Shown here one piece after another: positions 24,792 through 37,063 of a stretch of 64,000 bases of DNA (its first letter is position 1; each line of letters opens with the position of its first letter). The position numbers were made by a program, and so were the translations under genes. Source of the DNA: Neoechinorhynchus agilis (lineage: Eukaryota; Animalia; Acanthocephala); the NCBI GenBank assembly GCA_051530055.1, contig CM121342.1, forward strand, positions 3,471,489-3,535,488, given 5' to 3'. The notes beneath the pieces are model-generated. The model had not been told where the DNA came from and ran no database searches. It was given only the letters and a program-made list of their open reading frames with translations.

Positions 24792-27133
24792 TTACATAAA
24801 TCTTTGATGCTGAGGTGGAGGAGGAGGATGCCTTCCATTTCGGACATGATATTGCCTAAATTGGTCCTGTCGATTTAAGGTTTGGGGATCGTTTGTATAG
24901 TATCCTGCTCCATAATCGATAGGATAATTCATTGGATGACCTCCATGGTGAACCATTCGCATTCGTTTCTCTACAGGAGGACAATTTATTATGTGATGCG
25001 TTTGCTGCTGCTGCATTTGCTGAACTGGATGTGGAATCATTTGGAAATGTGGAGCTGGAATCGGTCGTGTCGATTGGTTCATCATTACGGTTTGCTGCGG
25101 TTGTTGTTGTTGTTGTTGTTGTTGATAGACCATCATATTTGTGGGATCACAGTGTTGAGTAGCCTGTTGACAGTTGATTTGTGGGGCTGCAATGTGTCCG
25201 ATGGCTTGGGGTTCATCTTCTGTCATAAACTCACGTCTAGGATACGGGATCGGGTGTCCTTCAAAAACATCTTCATTTGGCAGAGGAAGTTCTTTAAAGT
25301 AGTCCGAATTGAGAGCTTCGCTAGCGGTTATTCTTTTCTTAGGATCATAAAGAAGAAATTGACTGAGTAAAAGAAACGCATTGGAATCACTTCGAATCTT
25401 ATGTCGTATCATGTAACGAGCCAAACATGATCCTTTGTACTGCTCAGCAACAAAATCACGTAAAAAACACGAATATTGTGGCATTATCTTTATGTCTTCC
25501 CATTCGTGGTCAGTCGGGTATCCCATCACCGATAATATTCGCTTGATCTGCTCAACGTGGTACGGACTACTTGCCTTAATGTCCTCGTGATGACAGTAAA
25601 AGATTGGCTCAAATGTAAGAAGTTCCGAAAAAATACATCCAATTGCCCAAATGTCAATCGCTGGGTTGAACCGTCGACAGGTCCAGTGATTTTACAAGGA
25701 GATTCAAAATTATGTGAACAATTTGGGCCATCAAATTAGAGATAACGGGCGACGTGATTGACGTTGCAAGTAGAACAAAATTTAGAATATTATTTAAAAA
25801 GTCCGGAAAATCTTATTTTATGTAAAATAAAAATTCAACTTTATGCCTTTAGTCGGTTTCGACTCGAATTTTATTAAGCTTACGATTTAGTCTCGTGAAA
25901 GCTTTCTCTATTATTTAATATTGAAATTAATCAGGTTTAACACTGGGAAAAAATAGAACTTTAAAATAAAAAAGTCCGGAAAATCTTATTTTATGTAAAA
26001 TAAAAATTCAACATTATGCTTTTAGTCGGTTTCGACTCGAATTTTATTAAGCTTACGATTTAGTCTCCTGAAAGCTTTCTCTATTATTTAATATTGAAAT
26101 TAATCAGGTTTAACATTGGGAAAAAATAGAGTATTAAAATAAAAAAAGTCCGGAAAATCTTATTTTATGTAAAATAAAAATTCAACATTATGCTTTTAGT
26201 CGGTTTCGACTCGAATTTTATTAAGCTTACGATTTAGTCTCGTGAAAGCTTTATCATTTAATATTTTAAATGTTTGTTTTTTAAATTTTTAACGATTTAA
26301 CTCTTCAAACTGTGAATAGAGTTAATCAAGCATTTAAGCCACCGGTGTAAATCAAATATTTGCCGTTCTTTTTTTGTAATGGTCGAAAGGTTTTTATCTC
26401 TGCAGCGTATTTTGTCATTTTGGGATCTTCATTTTAAACAAAAAAAACCGATTACCCACCAGAAACCCCGATTGGACCATGCCGACGGTTCCATAGTGTA
26501 ATGTTTGGTAGCGAGCAAAAGTTCTGGAGCTCTATACCAAAAAGTGACAACCACTGGATCCAATTCAGCGAGTGGTTTTAAAGGATCAACAAATACCCTT
26601 GCGAATCCCATATCGGCAATTTTAACTTGTCCACGTTGCGTCCCTTCACCCATTACAAGAATGTTAGCTGGTTTCAAATCTCGATGCATAATCCAGTTTT
26701 CATGAAGGTATTGAATACCACTCAGAATCGAGAACAGCATGGATTTCATTAGTCCTTGAGGCACATCGACGACGTGTTTGTTCATTTTAGCCGTCCGATG
26801 AAATTTAATAATATGCCACAGATCATGTTCGGCGTAATCGAACAACAACCAAACTTTCCTATCTTCATGTGACAGAAATACACGATGAAGAGCAATCAAA
26901 TTCTTATGATCCAGTTCTCGCAGTAAAGCGATTTCTCGGCATGCACTTAGGGATAATCCACATCCCTCTATCAACTTAACTGCATATTCACTTTTATCAT
27001 TCCGATCCTTTGGAATGGCCTTATAAACATGACCGTACGTACCACGGCCAACTTTGTATCCAGCAAAATCAAAGTGGTCTTCGATTTTCTGACGCCGTGA
27101 AGCCAAACGATCCCGAAACGCTTGACTTACCAT
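24792..27133 (-). CDS. CDK8: Cyclin-dependent kinase 8 (Mediator kinase), 2 exons
   Basis: [56 protein letters not shown]; exon 2 starts [15 protein letters not shown] and ends in a Q-rich tail. Confidence 0.95.
25668..26491. mobile_element. TIR element (~21-bp imperfect TIRs) with internal ~173-bp tandem array A7 (25796-26245), forming the CDK8 intron
   Basis: GAACCGTCGACAGGTCCAGT at 25668; ATTGGACCATGCCGACGGTTC at 26471-26491. Confidence 0.75.
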
Positions 27134-27269
27134 CAATATAAAGAGAAAGTACAAATCCAATGTTCAACAAACGCGCAATTCCATTCAACGAATGACGTTT
27201 CTTTCGTATTTAGTGACGAAATGTGATGTCATTGCTTCTATTTATCGTTCGAGTTACTCGAAGACGTGT

Positions 27270-28130
27270 TGGTCAGCACTGGAAAATAGCGATGTTTGAT
27301 TCAGAAATAGATTTCTGCAACAGGGTTCGGCCCTGAGCCCATTCTTGTTCACGATCGTGATGGACGTCCTAGGAAATGCGGAAAGAGAAATGAAACCGCC
27401 ATGGACGACACTATTTGCGGACGATTTGGTGCTCACAGCTAGAGACGTGGACACGCTCAAGAGTTTGCTGAAGAGTTGGCGACAACGATTGGAGAGCAAA
27501 GGATTGAGAGTGAGCAGGCGCAAAACGAAATAAATGGGGCCGGGTAACATCGATATGCAAGGAACTCAGATCGAAAAGATGAACAACTTCAAAAATTTTG
27601 GCAGCATATTGAACATGCAATGTGAGCTCGAACCAGAGATCAGACAAAGGGTTCAATGCGGGTGGAACAACTGGAGGAAGACAACAGGCATCCCTTGCGA
27701 TAAACGTCTCCCGAAATGGCGGGTGTACAATGAAGTAGTGCGGCCCGCCATGCACCACGGAGCAGAGAAGTGGGATACGAAGAAGGAAAACGATCAACGA
27801 TTAGCCGTCAACGAAATGCGGATGCCTAGATGGTCCGCAGGATTGACACGCAAGGATCGAGTGCCAAATAAGGAGGTGCGAAAGCTGTTTAATGCCGAGC
27901 CGATCGAGGAGGCAATCGCAAAGAGGCGGATGCGATGGTACCTGCAGGTGACAGAAGCAAATGAAGACGCCTGGGTTAAGAGCGCATGGAGAATCGAACT
28001 CGAGGGGAAAACGAGAAGAGGGAGGCCCAAGAAGAGGTGGGAGGACAGTGTGAGCAGAGATTTCAAGACGCTGGGAAAGGAGAACAAAGACGAAAACCAA
28101 CAATGCTGGAAAGAACGACCTCTCAACTGA
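27270..28130 (+). mobile_element. RTE-clade LINE, 5'-truncated RT/C-terminal fragment with an internal stop
   Basis: PWTTLFADDLVL, GLRVSRRKTK, QCGWNNWRK, EMRMPRW..G.TRKDR, GRPKKRW. Confidence 0.85.
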
Positions 28131-28769
28131 GAGAAAAGTTCAAAGAAATGTTGTTGTATCCGAATATCAAATCCGTCGTCTTGAAATGTCTCATAGAAGA
28201 GACTAAAATTTGCACAGTTGATTTTCTCCAGCTCATCGAATTCCTTTATAAGATTTTTAACTAACTATCAAAACACCTCGCAAACCCAATTCTTTTCATC
28301 CTCCTTCGACATCGCACCTCACTATATCTACGCTCCTTTTTCCATACTGCCAAATCTTCTCGGATATGGAAATGAACCGGAGAAAAGACCTAACCTGGTA
28401 AACTATCCAACTTGTTCACTCAACCGGACCCGTCATCCAGTCCAAAATCAACAGCCGCATCCATCTAATCTATCAATGAGAACCCAGAGTTTATTGGTTC
28501 CTCTTTTTTGAACATCCTCCACGACGAATTCTCTTCCCCTCTTATTCAATAGAAGAACTTTTGACGCGTTGTCCGGCAATGAAGATCCACAATGTGATTC
28601 ACGCATGTTTGCAGGAGTGATCCCATGAAAAAATAAGTTTCCATCTTGTAAATCTTCGACAATACCGGGAGAAACTAATTACTATCGAGCTCAATCGCTT
28701 GTTTTCAACATTGCTTCGTCGTTGTACAAGTGACAAACTCACTGTGTCGATTGTTCACTTTCTACCAAG

Positions 28770-29120
28770 ATGACTTCTCTTCGTCCTTCAGGACTAGCAC
28801 TTAATGCGGAAAACACTAGACGTTCAAAAGGCTTTGCGCACTCATTGAAAGACGTTTTGTGGATATTGGCGATATCGTATTCATCTGGTCTCTTTCTTTT
28901 AATAGTTGGCATCAATGAGTTCACTGCACTCATTAATATCATGTCAGGTGAATACTACTTTGCAATCAAAGGATCTGTATGTGTTCAGATTGTATTGGGC
29001 GTCATCATTCTTTTAACAGGTTCCACTCACGTTATTGTTCTTCTATGGAAAAATATATATCCAACCGAACGAAGTAATCAACTGCTTTTACGAGTACAGA
29101 TAATTTGCACAGTACTCTAA
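28770..29120 (+). CDS. Small predicted membrane protein, unidentified
   Basis: 116-codon ORF with 2-3 hydrophobic stretches. Confidence 0.35.
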   Translation: MTSLRPSGLALNAENTRRSKGFAHSLKDVLWILAISYSSGLFLLIVGINEFTALINIMSGEYYFAIKGSVCVQIVLGVIILLTGSTHVIVLLWKNIYPTERSNQLLLRVQIICTVL

Positions 29121-29528
29121 TTTATGGCGGCGTGTTCTCGAGTGGAAATCTGGGAAGTTTTGGTCGGTTTTGAACACCTCATAGCACTATCGTCCTTAGT
29201 TTGTAAATGTGGACTTTCCACCATTACTGGAATTTGTTGCTAGATGAGACCTCATTTTCTAATTGAGCAAAAAGAGTCGACAAAACGGGTTGAACGTAGC
29301 TTTGCACATTCCTTGAAATTAGGCTTAAAAGTTAGCTTTTTTTAAATCAATTTTCCCTTTTCGATTTTCCGTATTTTTTAAATGGTTTACTAATCTATCC
29401 GGTTTATACCTTTTTTGGCATGTCTTATCTGCCAATCATAATTACTTTCCTTCTCTTATCGCCTATATGATGTCCACTAATAACATTGATAGTTTCGATT
29501 AGAACTACGATTTTAGTTCGTAGACCCT

Positions 29529-30221
29529 TTGAACACTCGGCATCTTTACTTTGTCATTAGTGTGGCCACTCAGGTTATTTGCTACATTCATACCGTCTGC
29601 TATCATGAAGTAATCCTCGAAGTTTACACAACTATGGAATTCTGCTACCATACAATTTACTACGAGAAATTCTCGGAACTGTGCAAGAATATTGCCTTGA
29701 ACTACTCATGCTGCTACCTTCCACGATATAACCTAACTTCGACCATGAAGAACTATTATTGCTGTATCGCCAACAATTGCTCCATCGATAACAATGGCGA
29801 CTGCTCTGTATACTGCCGATCAAATTACGATTGCAGGGGAATCGCGGTTCAATATTATTTCGAGAGCTACCAAAGAGTTCTAACCTCTAATGTGATTTCA
29901 GCTGTTGTATTAATGTTCGGAACTTTGTTTTACAAATTCAGACCCAGAAAAGCAGAGCGAGCGGGTCAGCAAATTATTACGGAACGCAACGTTTCATATC
30001 ATCCGGATGCGATCGACCAACAAGTTGAAGAAAGTGAGGTCCAGGAGCGAAGTGAAGGCATTTCAAGGATTGAATACTTAATGTCAATGTGGATCCGAGA
30101 TTCTACGGTAGGGCTAGCAACTGAATCGACAAACATAGACGAAGGAGAAGAGGATGAAAATACAGGTGATGAAATCGATGAAAATTCACCTTATGATGAC
30201 GATAGAGCCTATTCTTTTTGA
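29529..30221 (+). CDS. Cys/Tyr-rich single-pass membrane protein with acidic tail, unidentified
   Basis: 230-codon ORF with a Cys-rich segment, hydrophobic VISAVVLMFGTLFY followed by KFRPRK, and a D/E-rich end. Confidence 0.5.
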   Translation: MNTRHLYFVISVATQVICYIHTVCYHEVILEVYTTMEFCYHTIYYEKFSELCKNIALNYSCCYLPRYNLTSTMKNYYCCIANNCSIDNNGDCSVYCRSNYDCRGIAVQYYFESYQRVLTSNVISAVVLMFGTLFYKFRPRKAERAGQQIITERNVSYHPDAIDQQVEESEVQERSEGISRIEYLMSMWIRDSTVGLATESTNIDEGEEDENTGDEIDENSPYDDDRAYSF

Positions 30222-30654
30222 GCGAATTTTTCTAAAAGTAAAGGTAAGATTTCATAATTTTTCATCTTTCCTCGGTTGTTACAGTCTCCTTTAAATACAT
30301 GATTGATTATTGACTTAAGTACCGTCGAATTAGAATCCAAATGACAATCAATATTACATTATCTGAGGACCAGAAACTTCACAAACTGTCTTAGTGCAAC
30401 GCAAACATTGCGATCCGTTGCAGTTTCCACTTTATTAAATTCTTCACAATTCCTCGGAGCAATCATGAGCCAAAGACGCCTTTAAAACATAAACCGAAGC
30501 CTTGCTTAGTAACTAATGAAGGTTATTTAGAAAAATAGTTAGATCCAATCAAAAGATTGGTTCTAAAACTATCTCGCACATAAGGTGATAGAACGGTTTA
30601 ATGTTGTTAGAATTATTGCTTGGGTCTACACCCGGTAAATGAGTATTTATTAAA

Positions 30655-30686
30655 GACGTTTCGAACGTCGTCGGATTCATCATCAG
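30655..30686 (-). ncRNA. Minimal type-I hammerhead motif of the Penelope-associated kind
   Basis: Minus strand reads AAA-CTGATGA-T-GAAT-ccgacgac-GTTC-GAAA-CG-TC-TTT: intact core, 4-bp stem II and palindromic CG stem III. Confidence 0.65.
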
Positions 30687-31248
30687 TTTCTTTTTTAAGC
30701 AATAATTCTAATCACATTCCCCGGTATCTCACATATCGGTTTAATGTTGATTATCGATTTTTTGCGGAAATTAAATCTAGTCGCAGTTTTTCTAAATTCC
30801 AAATTATATGTTACCATTAAAAACGTTTGCAAATGCCTGATTGTTTTTGTAGCAATCGAATTACATAAATATTCAAATTCTCAAAATTTAATTCCCGACC
30901 GGCATTCAGCCCCCGATGCCCTACTTTGCATTTATGACACCCTTCTATGCAACCTCGACAATAATCCCTCTCACCCGTTTCATTCCACTGGACTTATTGA
31001 AAGCATTTGAGTCCGTGGACCATTCACTCCCTCTCCGGTCCTGATCCGATTTTGGTCTCAACTTGTGGCAGATCCGCTAGCTCCCTTGGTTACAATCATT
31101 GTTATTTTGTATATTTTGATTACACGTCGCTGCATGAACGGTGAATAAAAGTTTGAATGCAAGTGAGCAAATATGATTCACTACTATATGCCAAGCGGCA
31201 ACTCAAATATTGCTGACATTTGTGTTCGTTCAAAAACAGGTTAGAATC

Positions 31249-31932
31249 ATGAAAGTTACAACGATACCAACTGAAGATTTGGAAGAGTTAAAATCAAGAC
31301 TTGTTGATTTATCGTCGGTTTCCAATGACACAATCGAAAGGTTCTATCTTACATCCGGTGGTAGTTTGAGCGAAACTGAGTATAAAATCCGCGCTGATGT
31401 CGAATGGCGGAAGGTGGTTCGACCGGATCTCACCAAAATGCCGGACCCTGATGATCCATTTTCTCCACAGTACGCCAAAGATAGAGAAGCTGAGGTTCTC
31501 AATGGTATAAGGGACAATCAAGGCAATGGAGTGCTCTTGATCAGATGTGCCAAACACAATGGTAATGTTCACGATGACAAATACATTGAATACGTTGGTG
31601 CAGCAGTAGAAGAGACGCTTAAGAAATCTCCACGTCTTACAATTCTGTTTGATCTTTATAATCTTCGATGGAGAAACGTAAACTTTTTTACATTGAGGCG
31701 TGGTGCCAATATGATCAATGATCATTATCCCGAGCTAATAACCAATTGCTTAATGCTACGACCGCCTTCGTTTTTCACATATGTGTTCGGAGTTGCGAGA
31801 CATTTCCTTGGAAATCGGATTATCCAACGGATTTATATGATCGAAACTAAAGCAGAACTCAAGAAGTATGTTGAAGATACTAGTAAGCTTCCTAAAGATG
31901 TCTCTTTCTCGGATGCTAAAGATGTTGATTAA
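31249..31932 (+). CDS. CRAL-TRIO (Sec14/MOSPD2-like) lipid-binding protein, intronless CDS
   Basis: IRADVEWRK, GIRDNQGNGVLLIR, LTILFDL, INDHYPELITNCLML.PP.FF..F...R.FL. Confidence 0.8.
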   Translation: MKVTTIPTEDLEELKSRLVDLSSVSNDTIERFYLTSGGSLSETEYKIRADVEWRKVVRPDLTKMPDPDDPFSPQYAKDREAEVLNGIRDNQGNGVLLIRCAKHNGNVHDDKYIEYVGAAVEETLKKSPRLTILFDLYNLRWRNVNFFTLRRGANMINDHYPELITNCLMLRPPSFFTYVFGVARHFLGNRIIQRIYMIETKAELKKYVEDTSKLPKDVSFSDAKDVD

Positions 31933-32399
31933 CTACAAAAAACAAGAGTTACTCTTGTGACTTTATTTGCACCACTTAATTCATACAAACCAACAGATCG
32001 GGATTAAACACAAGTTTTTTATTAAGCTACTGTGTCATTGAGGTTAAGGTTTAATTAGTTAAAGCAAATCAAGTCTCATGTATCTACGAGCCTCCCAGAT
32101 CCATCTCTTTACCACAAGGACACTTGCAGCGTACTCCTTAAACTCGTGTCTAGGGTTGCTTTCTGTTGGTGCAGAAAGTTGAGATTCAAACTATAGAAAT
32201 GATCGCTATGAGAAGTGTTAGAGATATCCTGGAAGCTGTTAAACCAACCAAAATTAAACAAATATTGGTATTTTCGTTATTCTCTTGGGACTCTCAATCT
32301 TGTTCTTCTCTTCCATGAACCGTCTAACATTTCGACTTTAGATCCGTCTTTTTTCTATCTTAAAAGATTTGTGATGCAAACTAAAAGAAATTTTTAGTA

Positions 32400-34010
32400 A
32401 TTTTTTTGCGTTGCCGCGCTGGATCGCGAGACCTATGTTTTGCAGGAAGTACGTTCCTGCTCTTGGGTCTCCGGTTGCGATCCTCATCTTCCTTGAAAGA
32501 TCCGCCGTAAAGTTCTTGGCCCCAGCACCGACGGCACCGAGCGTCTCAACGCCGAAAGGGACGAAGTGATGTGCCCTCAAGAGCTCCGCGTACTTCCCGC
32601 GCTTAAGTTCCTCTGCGGCAATTGCAGCACCTCCTTCGTGCCTTGAGGAATGTCTTAGATTGGACAGGGAAAGGGTGTCCACACAAGTAGCATCCCAGAG
32701 AAGGGATTTCCCTTCTCGCCATGGGAACACAGTTACCTCGTCCGGTCTTCGACCGTCGAGTCTGCAGAGGTGACTCGGTTCGAGCAGATTCGGTGCGTGT
32801 ATCGTGTTTAAGGCCCGACTAATAACCGAGTTAATCTCAGCGTGGCGAGCATACCTGCCACCGGACTGGCGACAAACGAGACCGTGTCTACCCAAAGAAT
32901 CCACAAGGGCCCCACAACAACAGTAGTGTGGGACACAAATCGGGATTCCCAGTCGTAAGGACACTCCGATCCTTACTGTTTCGTCCGACAGTAAATTTCC
33001 GATCGAAGGAATCGGAACGGCGTTCAGCCAGGCACCGGATTCCTTCGAGGAGACCGCCAACAATCGAGCTCGGGTCACCTCATCACGTGCGTCGGAAAGC
33101 ATTGAGCTATGAACTCGAGTGATTAAAGGTTTATCCCAAACTGACTGTCTCTTGCCTCTCAAAGTAACTTCATCGCACTACGGCAAAATTCGAAGACCGC
33201 CTCTTTAAAATTTTCATCAAGTAAAAACTCTTTTTCGAGCAATTTAGCTACCAACTTTCGACTGCTCTCATAGGAACCTAAAAAGGCCGGAATTACAACA
33301 TCGGCTGTTTTACGAATACCTAAACCGCCTTAAGATACAGGCAAGGAAGCTTGTCTCCATGCCTTATCCGACAGTTGGATACTTAAAATCCCTTCGAGAC
33401 ACCCCTTAAATTGTGATCGATTTCCCCCAAGGAGCATCGATGTTTTAACAAGGGCGCTGTACGCAACTTGTACAGCAACTTCGGAAGGAACAGGGCACTC
33501 TTTATTAAAAATAATGCCTGATGGGATGGAAGTTCCCTCGTACGCTCGCAGAGCAATTCGACTCTCGGCGCTATTTGGAGGATCTTCTGAGGTATATTTT
33601 CATTAAAAACGCAACTACCCAGAAGAGACAGTTGAGCACGCGAAATTATTTTGATGTTAGGTGCTAGCTGCGTAAAGCTGTTGAGGATCTCAGTTTGACT
33701 AGCGGCGTTTTCTGCATTCATCACAAACAGCTCACATTTCGAGGTATTAAGCTCAACGCCGAGCTTGGCAGCTTCCCTCATGACGACCTCCAAATCTCGC
33801 AACACCACGGAGGGAGACCCACCGAGTGTTGCATCGTCCAAATACCAAGCATTAAACTTGGATTGGAGCGAATGAGCTATCGGGTTGACGGCACCGATAG
33901 GACCGAGTGGATCACCTTGTTGGACACCTCGTTGAGATTAGATGATACGGTCGTTGAAAACAAGAGGAGTCTCAGTCCCATGGGCGTTCCGGTGCGATAA
34001 AAAATTAGCA
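32400..34010 (-). mobile_element. CRE-clade (restriction-like endonuclease) non-LTR retrotransposon, degenerate and 5'-truncated
   Basis: RT remnant (W.LDDATLGG), SGAWLNAVP, C-C-H-C zinc knuckle, RH, EP, RPD..T..PW..GK.LLWDATCVDT, and LAIQRGNA. Confidence 0.8.
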
Positions 34011-35099
34011 TTCAACTATAGTAATCCTTCAGTTTTTGTTAGGTCATAGAAGTATGCAATAGTCATAGTAATGATCAGACAACAAAGTTCAGTTCACTTA
34101 TAATCTTATGAACTTTTAAATTTTCCTTCCGCATGAGTTTAGAATATTCATTTAACCACTTGTATTTTAGAGCTGATGATGAACTCTATGAGGTTCGACG
34201 AACGTCTTTAATAAAAAAACTATTTGCCAAGTGAAGATCTAAATAATAATTCTAATCATATACCCAGTACCTCCTCTCCTTTTTTCGGTGCCCCTTTCAA
34301 CACTTCACCGAGGGACGGGACAACGGTATGTGAGGCAAGAGAGTAAAATAAAGCTGTCCCGTTTCAGATTTGATTGAAATTTCAGACCTAGAATTCTGAG
34401 GGAGATGACTCGTAGGATGTCATTTAGAAGCTCGGGGTAGGATGTGGGGTTGCGGCACAAAGGATCGTTTCGAAGTATTTAGAGAAATTTTGGTGGAGTT
34501 TGTGATTGATGCAGAAATCTTTTATGTGTGTAATTTCGTTAGAGGTTAAGGAGAGAGAAAGTTGGGCACCGGACCGCTTGGTTGTGGCCGCGAGTATCCT
34601 CGATCGTTCTTTGGGTCGGCACAAGAAACAAGGTATCAGAATTCCTTCTCAATCAAAAGTGTGACCAACGTTTTTTTTGTATTTATGTATTTGTCGGGAC
34701 AGGCAGTTCGAGTTCGTTGCAACATTTTTCTATTACGAATCTTTAAGATTGGTCGTTAATTCCAGATCAACAGGATAAGACATAATGCCCCATTTGGTTT
34801 TAACCTTATTAAAAAATCATTTCAAAACATTTTCACTTCATTGCACAAAAAACCCTCAAACTTATGTCTGTGGCATTATAGAAATTTTGCGGTCCTTCAA
34901 CGGGCGAGGATAATGGTTAATGTCCAAAATCCTACCAACGTGCGGTGATATTTTTAATTTAAAAAAATCATTTTGATGCTTCCGGTATTAAAAAAAAGTG
35001 TCCGAATTGTTGTTTGTATCTAAGACTAGCTTATTTTGAATGCTAATAGAGGTTTCAATTTCACCTAGCGATATTCACTCAGAAAATTGATTTATATTG

Positions 35100-35580
35100 A
35101 AAATTTTCGGCCTTTTCGTTGGCCTTCTTCAGTCAGATCTACAATGTTTGTAAGTTTATTCTGATGATCTTACAATCATTACACATTCATCGATTTTCAA
35201 TTACTTCTAACGAGATTTCTCACATTCAAGAATTTACTCCTCTAAATGTCTTACCCTTAACTAAGTGCTTTGAAATCGTCCTTAGAATATCAAATAGCCT
35301 TTCTATCAATCGCGTCTCCTCTGTTCGCATACTTGGTCTTTATTTTAAAGAAAATCTAAAGTGGGACAATCACATATCAATTTCGTTGCACAAAGGGTCC
35401 ATTAAACTCTATCTTCTTAAACGCCTTCGATTCCTTGGATTATCATCCAAAGACCTTTAGTACTTTTATTGCATCGCCATTCTACCAACGCTCATCTACG
35501 CGCAATCCAACGTTTTGAAGTTGTTCTTCTAAACTATTCAAAAAACTTAATACAATTAACAAGAGAGGTGCGCTCTAACT
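35100..35580 (+). mobile_element. L2/Crack-like LINE 3' RT fragment
   Basis: ILGLYFKENLKWDNHI...KLYLLKRLRFLG. Confidence 0.6.
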
Positions 35581-35810
35581 TTCTTCTTCTTCTTCTTCTT
35601 CTTCTTCTTCTTCTTCTTCTTCTTCTTCTTCTTCTTCTTCTTCTTCTTCTTCTTCTTCTTCTTCTTCTTCTTCTTCTTCTTCTTCTTCTTCTTCTTCTTC
35701 TTCTTCTTCTTCTTCTTCTTCTTCTTCTTCTTCTTCTTCTTCTTCTTCTTCTTCTTCTTCTTCTTCTTCTTCTTCTTCTTCTTCTTCTTCTTCTTCTTCT
35801 TCTTCTTCTT
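35581..35810. repeat. Perfect (TTC)n microsatellite, ~76 units
   Basis: Read directly from the sequence. Confidence 0.99.
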
Positions 35811-36399
35811 GCTCGTCGACGCCTATTGGCACGTACATTTCCTCTCAATTGATCAAATTCAATAATCCGCAATCACCAAATCTACTTTAGATGACGATGG
35901 ACCCTACTTGGTTGATATCCATGAAATTATCGTCATAAATAGATCCAAGAGACCAATTATACACAGGTGCTTCTACCAATTTCAAAATCATTGATTTCGG
36001 TTTTCCATATCTCTAACAACTATTTTCGATGTAACGAAATTATGGTGTCAAGTTCGTTGCCATTTAATGGCTGTCACTGAGAGCCATTTACCAATATTTT
36101 TAAGGGTTAAAAACTTCTACGGGTTTCCTTTTAGTTTCAGCAAAACAACGATGATTTAGTAATAACATTTTAGAAATACCGTTCGTTCTTTTATTTATGG
36201 AAATCGGGCTATGTGGCTTTAGTGACAATCTGTACTTCTCTTCAATATATAATTCTCGAAGTAAAACAACAGATAATTATTTTCTATTTTATCTTTTGAA
36301 GTCTAGCTAGTCGGTTACATTTATTATGTGTTGAAGTGAGGCTTTTTCGCGGTTCATAATTTTATTGCTTGGGAACACAGCTCACCGATAAAATTCAAG

Positions 36400-36560
36400 G
36401 AAGCGCGAGGCAACCGGAGACTCAAGAGCAGCGTATTCCTTCGACAAAATATCTCGCTAGCAGTACAACGGGGCAATGCTGCCAGCGTGATGGCGACGGC
36501 CGAGGAAGGACAAAAGCTGGAATTCGGCGGGAGGTGGGCAGTGTGTTAATTGTCGAGAAA
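36400..36560 (+). mobile_element. 3'-terminal fragment of a second CRE-like element
   Basis: One frame reads VFLRQNISLAVQRGNAASVMAT, homologous to the end of the element at 32400. Confidence 0.7.
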
Positions 36561-36879
36561 TGAAGATTGATTGAAAAAAAATTTAAAAGAAAAAAATTAT
36601 TTGATTATATTGCTACAAAAACAATCAGGCATTTAAGTTTGATTTCCGCAAAAAATCGATAATCAACTCTAAAAACGTTCGATTATCTTATGTGCGAGAT
36701 AGTTTTAGAACCAATCTTTTGACTAGATTACGGTTAATGTTTTAAAGGCGTCTTTGGCTCATTATCGCTCCGAGAAATTGTGAAGAATTTAATAAGTTAA
36801 AAGTGTCACTTGTGAGAGCGATGGGGGCAATGGTTGTAATTTGAGAAAGAGTTGAGGTAGCAGCGGCGAAAGTACTTTC

Positions 36880-37045
36880 AATGAGGACTCTACAGGGATA
36901 ACAGAAGGAGAAAATGAAGTGAGAAATCAAAGAAGAAAAACGGAAAAGATGGAAGGTGATGGAATGGATGAACAAAATACACCCAAGGAATCGAGCAGCG
37001 GTGATGATACTTCCAATGAGGACTCTACAGGGATAACAGAAGGAG
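36880..37045 (+). pseudogene. Orphan copy of one repeat module of the secreted protein gene at 42001
   Basis: Near-identical to 42533-42600 and 42770-42840 (AATGAGGACTCTACAGGGATAACAGAAGGA...). Confidence 0.8.
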
Positions 37046-37063
37046 AAAATGAATTGGAAATCA

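Noticed and set aside
32046-32060. GGTTTAATTAG, resembling the start of nematode SL1
   Set aside because: The match stops after 10 nt, with no donor site or Sm site.
35469-35872. Poly-L, poly-R and poly-E ORFs
   Set aside because: Translations of the (TTC)n microsatellite.
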